A stretch of 24,000 nt of DNA from Acaryochloris marina S15 (GTDB lineage Bacteria > Cyanobacteriota > Cyanobacteriia > Thermosynechococcales > Thermosynechococcaceae): assembly GCF_018336915.1 (NCBI RefSeq), contig NZ_CP064923.1, positions 5,020,495 through 5,044,494 on the forward strand. Direction: 5' to 3'. This document shows positions 17,919 through 24,000 of this stretch, one piece after another (position 1 is the stretch's first letter; the number at the start of each line of letters is the position of its first letter). The notes beneath the pieces are model-generated. The model saw only the letters and a list, made by a program, of their open reading frames with translations, did no database searches and was not told where the DNA came from. A program made the translations under genes and the position numbers.

Positions 17919-18626
17919 CTAGAGGCGGCGGCAAATATCTAAACCATGGGTATCAGTCCCACAGGTTTGTAGTAAATTGTGCTGGTTAGCCAGTCGCATC
18001 AGCGTATTGGTTTGAGATGGACTCGGTTCCCAAGGATCTTTATTCCCATAACAATAGAACGTTTCTATCCCATCCATTCCAGCCTGGGCAGCCGCACTGA
18101 CCAGTTCCTTCACCGATCGTCGATATCGGGCGGGATGGGCCAGCACCGCCAGTCCACCTGCTTCATGCAGAGCAGTAATCACTTGGTTGGCCTGAGCCTG
18201 ATGCCCTGCAGGTGCTGAGCCCAATAGATAAGACTGCAATGCAGCATGATGCGGATCGAAGCCATAGCCCAGGATGTGCACTTGCGTCTCAAGGAGTTTA
18301 GATGTAATTTCGATGCCGGTCCACAGCTGAGGCAAGGATTGTGAAGGCTGAGCTTGCAATAGTTCTAACGCGCTCCAATAGCCATCAACACTATGGTGGT
18401 CCGTAATCGCTAAGCTCGCTAGGCCCGCTTTAATCGCTTGTTGAACTAATTGCTGTGGTTCCAAGCGCCCATCCGAATGGAGGGTATGCAAATGAAAATT
18501 ATAGGCATGGGGACAACTTTCAGCAGTAATGGACTGAAAAATTTCTTTCAATCGGCCTACATCAGTTTGAAGTGTCTTCGTAACAATCACTAAGCAATTA
18601 CTAAATGCGATGCTTCCAGATTCCAA
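17919..18626 (-). CDS. PHP-domain metal-dependent phosphoesterase
   Basis: YNFHLHTLHSDGRLEPQQLVQQAIKAGLASLAITDHHSV, PQLWTGIEI, LHILGYGFD, GGLAVLAHPARYRR, CGTDTHG. True start may be a non-ATG or internal codon. Confidence 0.85.
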   Translation of the reverse strand: MESGSIAFSNCLVIVTKTLQTDVGRLKEIFQSITAESCPHAYNFHLHTLHSDGRLEPQQLVQQAIKAGLASLAITDHHSVDGYWSALELLQAQPSQSLPQLWTGIEITSKLLETQVHILGYGFDPHHAALQSYLLGSAPAGHQAQANQVITALHEAGGLAVLAHPARYRRSVKELVSAAAQAGMDGIETFYCYGNKDPWEPSPSQTNTLMRLANQHNLLQTCGTDTHGLDICRRL

Positions 18627-18722
18627 CTATATCTCAATAATTTTGAGCTGTTCAGAACCAAAACTAGCCAAAGTCATGCAGCATATAGATCTGTGCCAAA
18701 AACAAAAAAGTCAGGCACCCCC

Positions 18723-19526
18723 TTACACTTCAGAGGTAGGTGGCGCTTTATAGATAGGCGTCAAGAAGGCAATTAAGAACCCAACCGAGAAGCCAGCCAC
18801 ATTTCTCAAGATAGGCAACCATTCCGAAGTCCGAGCCAGAACGGGGCCCAGTCCAAAGGAAAAGAAACAAATCCCCCAAAGAGGAGAGAAAATCAACATC
18901 CACTGCCAAGCGAAAGTTTGATCAGCCGTGCGAGGGTGAGCCGAGAAACCACAGATAATTCCACCCATCACAGACGTGATCAGCGTAAAAATCCATTGTT
19001 CTTGAGGTAATCCGGGTACGACTCGGCAGCCTCCTTGGTTCAAGCAAGTCTTGACGGAGTCGATGGCTTGAATAATCGATTCATCCTCCCCATTCTCTTG
19101 CACGAAGTACTGGTTACCGAACCGAGTCTGCAGTTCAACCCAGAAGGTGCGGGGAAGTAATTGATAAACCGAATCACCGACATTGAAATTGAGAATGTTG
19201 CCACCCCGGGAGTCAGCCACCAACAGCACGCTATTTTCATCCAAATTCCAAAAATCTTTGATGGCACGACCAGGAGTCCGATCGTACTGGGTCAAAATTC
19301 TCAATTTCCAGCCTGTATCTTGCTCAAAAACGTCTAGATCTTTATCTAGCTTGTTTTTCTGAGTGCTAGTTAGAGCCTGAGCGAGATCCACAATAGAGGT
19401 GGGTTCTGCAGGTAATAGTTCAGGTGCTTCAAAGGCTTGTGCGGGTGATGCCCTAACCCATATGCCAAAACCCAGTATTAGACCGAGACAGGCTGTGAAC
19501 ACTCGACGAACAAGATTATGATTCAT
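18723..19526 (-). CDS. TPM-domain membrane protein (Psb32-like)
   Basis: ORF track to 19550; likely start MNHNLVRRVFTACLG at 19526 with signal peptide (ASPAQA). TPM-type region VDLAQALTSTQKNKLDKDLDVFEQDTGWKLRILTQYDRTPGRAIKDFWNLDENSVLLVAD, then C-terminal TM helices. Confidence 0.78.
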   Translation of the reverse strand: MNHNLVRRVFTACLGLILGFGIWVRASPAQAFEAPELLPAEPTSIVDLAQALTSTQKNKLDKDLDVFEQDTGWKLRILTQYDRTPGRAIKDFWNLDENSVLLVADSRGGNILNFNVGDSVYQLLPRTFWVELQTRFGNQYFVQENGEDESIIQAIDSVKTCLNQGGCRVVPGLPQEQWIFTLITSVMGGIICGFSAHPRTADQTFAWQWMLIFSPLWGICFFSFGLGPVLARTSEWLPILRNVAGFSVGFLIAFLTPIYKAPPTSEV

Positions 19527-19864
19527 TAGAACTATTGCGTTGGATGTCAAAAGGTGTTAATTGGCAACTAATTAAGTCAATTTTTAACACTTATTTAAGT
19601 TACTTATCATAATAATACGAATCCCTGGTCTTTGTCATAGGCATCAATCGTTGGGGATGACACAGCCAAACGCTTAATTGGCAAGAATCAAGGATTACAA
19701 AGACTCTTGGGTCAAAATGTTGAAATTAGTATCTAACCCTAGAAAACAGTGAAAATTTGGATGGGTCCTGGGTATTCTATGGCGTATATCCTTACCTAGG
19801 CTTTTTAGGTGGTCCCTTGACCGTCAGATCCAAAATTAACAGCTGTTACTCAGGGTTTTTTCAG

Positions 19865-19931
19865 GTCTATCGGCGAGGATGTAGTGACCTTGAAACTTTT
19901 TAGGCTACAGCACAGTCTATAGGTGAGGATG
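19865..19931. repeat. Imperfect direct repeat pair upstream of the sigma-factor gene
   Basis: GTCTATCGGCGAGGATG (19865-19881) and GTCTATAGGTGAGGATG (19915-19931), 15/17 identical, start-to-start spacing 50 bp. Confidence 0.6.
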
Positions 19932-20192
19932 CTTATACAACTTGTTGCTTATTACAAGAACGGCCAGAAAAGTGGCTTGTGAGGTCACAATGGCCTTAGT
20001 GAATACGGTTTACCGAATATTCGAATCTCACCAAGCCTAGAAAAATGGCCTAGTATAGAAGAACAAACTCATACTGACTTCGTTTTTAAGCGGCCTATAT
20101 CAACACTCACTGATTGCATCATTCACTATTAAATTTGAAATTTGATAGTCTTCATGCCAACATCACCTTCTTAAAGGGGGTAGCTCAAGTCC

Positions 20193-21176
20193 ATGTCCAA
20201 AACCAAAACTAAGCAACAAGCTATCTCTGTGTCTCCGACAACAGATATGGTTCGTACCTATCTCCATGAGATTGGTCGAGTGCCTTTGTTGACCCATGAG
20301 CAAGAAATCGTTTTTGGTAAGCAAGTACAGGCCATGATGGCGCTTTTAGACTTGCAGAAAACTTTATTGGATGAATTGGGGCGTGAACCTTCCTTAGAAG
20401 AGTGGGCAGAGAAAGCCAATCTTAGTCCCTCTCAATTGGAACTGTCCCTGCACCAAGGACAGCAAGCCAAGCAAAAGATGATTGAAGCCAATCTCAGGCT
20501 GGTCGTTTCTGTTGCTAAAAAGTACCAAAAGCGAAACCTAGAACTCTTAGACCTGATCCAAGAAGGAACCTTGGGATTAGAACGCGGGGTTGAGAAGTTT
20601 GATCCAACCCGAGGGTATAAGTTTTCAACCTATGCCTACTGGTGGATTCGCCAGGCGATCACCCGTGCGATCGCACAACAGGCTCGCACCATTCGACTGC
20701 CCATTCACATCACCGAAAAGCTCAACAAAATCAAAAAAGCCCAGCGTGAGTTATCCCAGAAGCTGGGTCGCAGTGCCACCCCCGCTGAAATTGCGGAAGC
20801 ATTGGAACTAGAGCCCAGCCAAATCCGAGATTATCTCACCATTGCTCGTCAGCCTATTTCGTTAGATCTGAGAGTCGGTGACAATCAGGATACCGAGTTG
20901 CGAGACTTGCTGGAAGACGACGGGCAATCTCCGGAGCAATTCACGACCACCCAAGCCCTGCGGGATGACGTGAATCAATTGCTGACGGAGTTAACCCCTC
21001 AGCAACGAGATGTCTTAATGCTGCGGTTTGGTCTCGACAACGGTAAGGAGTTATCCCTTGCCAAAGTTGGACAACAATTAAGCCTTAGCAGAGAGCGAGT
21101 CCGTCAATTAGAACGGCAAGCCCTAGACTATCTGCGCCGTCGCAAAGGCGAAGTGCGAGAGTATATCGCTAGCTAG
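20193..21176 (+). CDS. RNA polymerase sigma factor, RpoD/group-2 type
   Basis: Region 1.2 [21 protein letters not shown], region 2 [73 protein letters not shown], region 4 [49 protein letters not shown]. Which cyanobacterial group-2 paralogue is not resolvable by eye. Confidence 0.93.
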   Translation: MSKTKTKQQAISVSPTTDMVRTYLHEIGRVPLLTHEQEIVFGKQVQAMMALLDLQKTLLDELGREPSLEEWAEKANLSPSQLELSLHQGQQAKQKMIEANLRLVVSVAKKYQKRNLELLDLIQEGTLGLERGVEKFDPTRGYKFSTYAYWWIRQAITRAIAQQARTIRLPIHITEKLNKIKKAQRELSQKLGRSATPAEIAEALELEPSQIRDYLTIARQPISLDLRVGDNQDTELRDLLEDDGQSPEQFTTTQALRDDVNQLLTELTPQQRDVLMLRFGLDNGKELSLAKVGQQLSLSRERVRQLERQALDYLRRRKGEVREYIAS

Positions 21177-21208
21177 TCCTTTAATTAGCTAGTCCTTCAA
21201 TTTCTTTC

Positions 21209-21247
21209 CATCAACCTCCAGCGCATTATCTGCACTGGAGGTTGATG
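21209..21247 (+). terminator. Hairpin downstream of the sigma-factor gene, possible terminator
   Basis: CATCAACCTCCAG (21209-21221) pairs perfectly with CTGGAGGTTGATG (21235-21247); no strong T-tract follows, so terminator function is tentative. Confidence 0.5.
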
Positions 21248-21326
21248 ATGTGGGGCCTTCAATGGAGACAATGCTGGAGAGACGCGGTAGATTAGTGCAG
21301 CCCATGATCCTGGAGAGTTAAAACGA

Positions 21327-22058
21327 ATGGCGGACTGGCTATATCAATATCCCCCCCTACTTGCAGGCAAGCTGATCAAACGATACAAACGTTTTCTGGC
21401 CGATATTGAATTAGAGACAGGTGAAGTCGTCACCGCCCATTGCCCTAATACAGGTCCGATGACAGGCATGTCTGCCCCCAATAGCCGAGTGCAAATTTCT
21501 AGAAGTAATAACCCCAAACGCAAATTAGCCTATACCTGGGAACTGATTGAAGTCTGCGACACCCAACCCACCTGGGTAGGGGTGAATACTCAAATCCCTA
21601 ATATTGTTGTCAAGAAACTACTACAAGACCGGCTCTTACCCGCTTTAGGTGACTACGATCAGGTCAAATCTGAAGTTCGCTATGGTCAAGAAAAAAGTCG
21701 AATTGATTTTTTGCTTACAGGCACCACTCAACCCACTTATATTGAAGTTAAAAGTACGACCTGGGCCATCGGACAGCAAGCTTTATTTCCAGACACCGTC
21801 ACGACCCGTGGCCAAAAGCATATTCGGGAGTTGATGTCGGTTTTATCCGAAGCCCGAGCTTACTTACTCTTCTTTATTAATCGAGCCGATTGCACAACCT
21901 TTGCCCCCGGAGATCAGGCCGATCCAGAGTATGGAGAACTCCTTAGAGAAGCCGTCTCAGTAGGGGTAAAGCTCTTGCCCTGTCGCTTTGAGATTACACC
22001 CGAAGGAATTCGCTATTTAGGGTTGGCAACCGTCGAAGAGAAGTCTTTAACAAGATGA
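21327..22058 (+). CDS. sfsA: SfsA family DNA-binding/sugar fermentation stimulation protein homolog
   Basis: GKLIKRYKRFLADIELETGEVVTAHCPNTGPMTGM, SRSNNPKRKLAYTWELI, GQEKSRIDFLLTG...TYIEVKSTTW, LFPDTVTTRGQKHIRELM. Confidence 0.94.
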   Translation: MADWLYQYPPLLAGKLIKRYKRFLADIELETGEVVTAHCPNTGPMTGMSAPNSRVQISRSNNPKRKLAYTWELIEVCDTQPTWVGVNTQIPNIVVKKLLQDRLLPALGDYDQVKSEVRYGQEKSRIDFLLTGTTQPTYIEVKSTTWAIGQQALFPDTVTTRGQKHIRELMSVLSEARAYLLFFINRADCTTFAPGDQADPEYGELLREAVSVGVKLLPCRFEITPEGIRYLGLATVEEKSLTR

Positions 22059-22195
22059 ACAGTAGTTTTAAATTAGTATGATTGTATTTCGCTGTTTTTT
22101 CTCTCAACATCGAATTGATTTTTAGAGGGAAAAGCGAGATCCTCGCCTGAGGATGTTAGGGTAAATACGATTTAGTTGTGGGGTAGACATTTACG

Positions 22196-23137
22196 ATGGT
22201 CGATCGCGATCGTCTATTTAGGGACTTACTCAAAAACTTTTTTCTGGAATTTGTCGATCTCTTCTTTCCAAAAATTGCGGTCGCTATCGACCCCAAATCG
22301 ATTCGATTCCTAGAAGATGAAGAATCCCCTAAACCTCAAGAGCAGGGAGATAATCCTCCTGCCCCTACTGTGCAAGGGGCTAGCTCTAATGTATTAGTGC
22401 AAGTGCGATTACGAGGACAAGAATCATGCTTCTGGGTGCATCTAGAGAATTCATCTGAGACGAATATCAAGCTAGAGCGGCGCATTTTTCATACCTTTGC
22501 TCGCCTGGACGAAAAATATAATTTACCGATCTATCCCATTATTTTGCAATCTTCAGATACGTCTCAACGTCTGGAAACAAATGGGTATCGGGTTGAGTTT
22601 GTCGATCGCAGGGTTTTGGATTTTAGCTTTGTTGCCATTCAACTTCATCGCTTAAACTGGCGTGACTTTTTGCAACGTCGTAATCCAGTAGCGGCAGCAC
22701 TCATGCCCACGATGAACGTTCAAACCTTTGATCGCCCCGTCGTCAAAGCAGAGTGTCTGAGATTGCTGACCAATTTGCGTTTAGACGCTAAGAAGGTCAA
22801 GGTCATCTCTCAATTTATTGAAGCCTTCCTCCATCTCAATGCTGCCGAAGAACAGGTCTTGCAAACAGAGATGGAACGCATGGGCCTATTAGAGCGAGAG
22901 CGGATCACTAATCTGCTGACCAGTACGACTCAAGCCAATCAACAGCAAGGGGCCAAACGAGAAGCCCTAAGCCTAGTTTTTCGACTCTTAAAGCGGCGAG
23001 TTGGGGATCTGAATCCGGATCTTGAAGGTCAGGTCCGAAGCTTGCCGGTCAATCAGGTAGAGGACTTGGGGGAAGCTCTGTTAGATTTCAACAATGCAGA
23101 AGACCTGAAAAACTGGTTACGCGAAAAAACGGCTTAG
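22196..23137 (+). CDS. Rpn-family / PD-(D/E)XK-like protein with C-terminal DUF4351-like domain
   Basis: N-terminal FVDLFFPKIAVAIDPKSIRFLEDE, VLVQVRLRGQESCFWVHLENSS...RIFHTFARLDEKYNLPIYPIIL. C-terminal ALSLVFRLLKRRVGDLNPDLEGQVRSLPVNQVEDLGEALLDFNNAEDLKNWL resembles DUF4351. Confidence 0.65.
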   Translation: MVDRDRLFRDLLKNFFLEFVDLFFPKIAVAIDPKSIRFLEDEESPKPQEQGDNPPAPTVQGASSNVLVQVRLRGQESCFWVHLENSSETNIKLERRIFHTFARLDEKYNLPIYPIILQSSDTSQRLETNGYRVEFVDRRVLDFSFVAIQLHRLNWRDFLQRRNPVAAALMPTMNVQTFDRPVVKAECLRLLTNLRLDAKKVKVISQFIEAFLHLNAAEEQVLQTEMERMGLLERERITNLLTSTTQANQQQGAKREALSLVFRLLKRRVGDLNPDLEGQVRSLPVNQVEDLGEALLDFNNAEDLKNWLREKTA

Positions 23138-23904
23138 AGCTGCCCCAAAAACTTATGGGTTTGGGGCACAACCCTAATCTGACGACAAATCTGTTTGAGC
23201 TTTCCTTGCCACGTCAACACTTGATTGGGCGTTGGTGGCTGGACTGGGTGTTGCGTAGACAAAGGCGTCACAGGTTGCAAAAAAATCGTCACAGTAGGAC
23301 TAATGTCGGCAACCATCTGGGCAGCTTTGACCAACTCTGTCCAATCAGTTTGTTCGCTAATAATGAGCTTACAAAACACATCTATGTTGGCTTGATGACA
23401 CAGCTCCAAGCTTTGACGATGTTGAGGCCAATGAGTTTCACCACTGACGCTCGGTAACTTCAAATCCATGCCCACACTATCCAGATAGGGTAACAGGGGG
23501 ACAAGGGCTTCAGGATGATGCCCACCCGTTTCTAAATAGATCGGTAATAAAGTCTGTTGCCTGAGTAAAGGCAATAAATCCTGTAGGAATGCCACCTGTA
23601 ATAGGGGTTCTCCGCCAGTCAGGCTGATGCTGTCATGAATCCCAGGCTGATCCTGCTCTTGAACCCACTCTAGGATCTGGGAAAGGGTGACTGGATTTTG
23701 ATACTGGGCAAAATCGCGGCAGCCCGGCGTTTTTTCAATTTGACAGCTACTTTTTGGCGTCCAGGTATGGGCACTGTCACAGAAATGACATCGTAGATCA
23801 CAGCCCCCAAAGCGGATAAAAATTTGACGGGTGCCGACATTCAGCCCTTCCCCTTGAATGGCAGAGAAAATTTCAACTAAGTTGACAGTGGTTGCAGTCT
23901 TCAT
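23134..23904 (-). CDS. queE: 7-carboxy-7-deazaguanine synthase (radical SAM)
   Basis: VEIFSAIQGEGLNVGTRQIFIRFGGCDLRCHFCDSAHTW with CX3CX2C cluster motif; SLTGGEPLLQ; YLETGGHHPEAL; VPQTHKFLGQL at the C-terminus. Confidence 0.93.
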   Translation of the reverse strand: MKTATTVNLVEIFSAIQGEGLNVGTRQIFIRFGGCDLRCHFCDSAHTWTPKSSCQIEKTPGCRDFAQYQNPVTLSQILEWVQEQDQPGIHDSISLTGGEPLLQVAFLQDLLPLLRQQTLLPIYLETGGHHPEALVPLLPYLDSVGMDLKLPSVSGETHWPQHRQSLELCHQANIDVFCKLIISEQTDWTELVKAAQMVADISPTVTIFLQPVTPLSTQHPVQPPTPNQVLTWQGKLKQICRQIRVVPQTHKFLGQL

Positions 23905-24000
23905 AAAAGCAAATTCTAGGGAAGTAGAGGCCAGCCCAATCGAGTGAAAACACAGGGACGCTCTAAAGTTAGGTCACATAGGATAGCGGATCGGATAAAC

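Noticed and set aside
19980-20060. TTCGAAT sequence resembling a tRNA T-loop
   Set aside because: No supporting acceptor, D-arm or anticodon stem could be formed around it.
21327-24000. sfsA, Rpn-like and queE considered as a deazaguanine DNA-modification or defence island
   Set aside because: Only queE of the deazaguanine pathway is present here; no dpdA, queC/D, transglycosylase or restriction component is visible, so this fits ordinary queuosine biosynthesis.

Overview
Cyanobacterial chromosomal window. HIP1-type GCGATCGC palindromes are frequent, and there is a TPM/Psb32-like protein, a group-2 sigma factor and a clpR-clpP pair. The gene style suggests a filamentous or Acaryochloris-like cyanobacterium, but taxonomy cannot be settled by eye. 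Supported content, left to right: partial GH57/DUF3536 protein (-, runs off the left edge and is absent from the ORF track); Ca2+/H+ antiporter (+); acidic S-layer-homology protein (-); MltA/3D-like lipoprotein (+); 19-unit TPR protein (-); clpP and clpR (-) followed by a strong hairpin terminator candidate; IS1-family element with split transposase ORFs; a two-gene ATGA-coupled cassette (SAM methyltransferase plus a Rid-domain/PchB-like chorismate mutase fusion); ABC-2 export system (-); RluD-like pseudouridine synthase (-); PHP phosphoesterase (-); TPM-domain protein (-); group-2 sigma factor (+); sfsA (+); Rpn/DUF4351-like protein (+); queE (-). Most of this is ordinary housekeeping. The strongest candidate for something less described is the methyltransferase/Rid-chorismate mutase fusion cassette at 12.6-14.0 kb next to the IS element. 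Other items are the ambiguous frameshift in the IS transposase, several near-perfect intergenic hairpins, and HIP1 sites phased with the TPR units. No CRISPR array, tRNA, rRNA or clear defence system was found.
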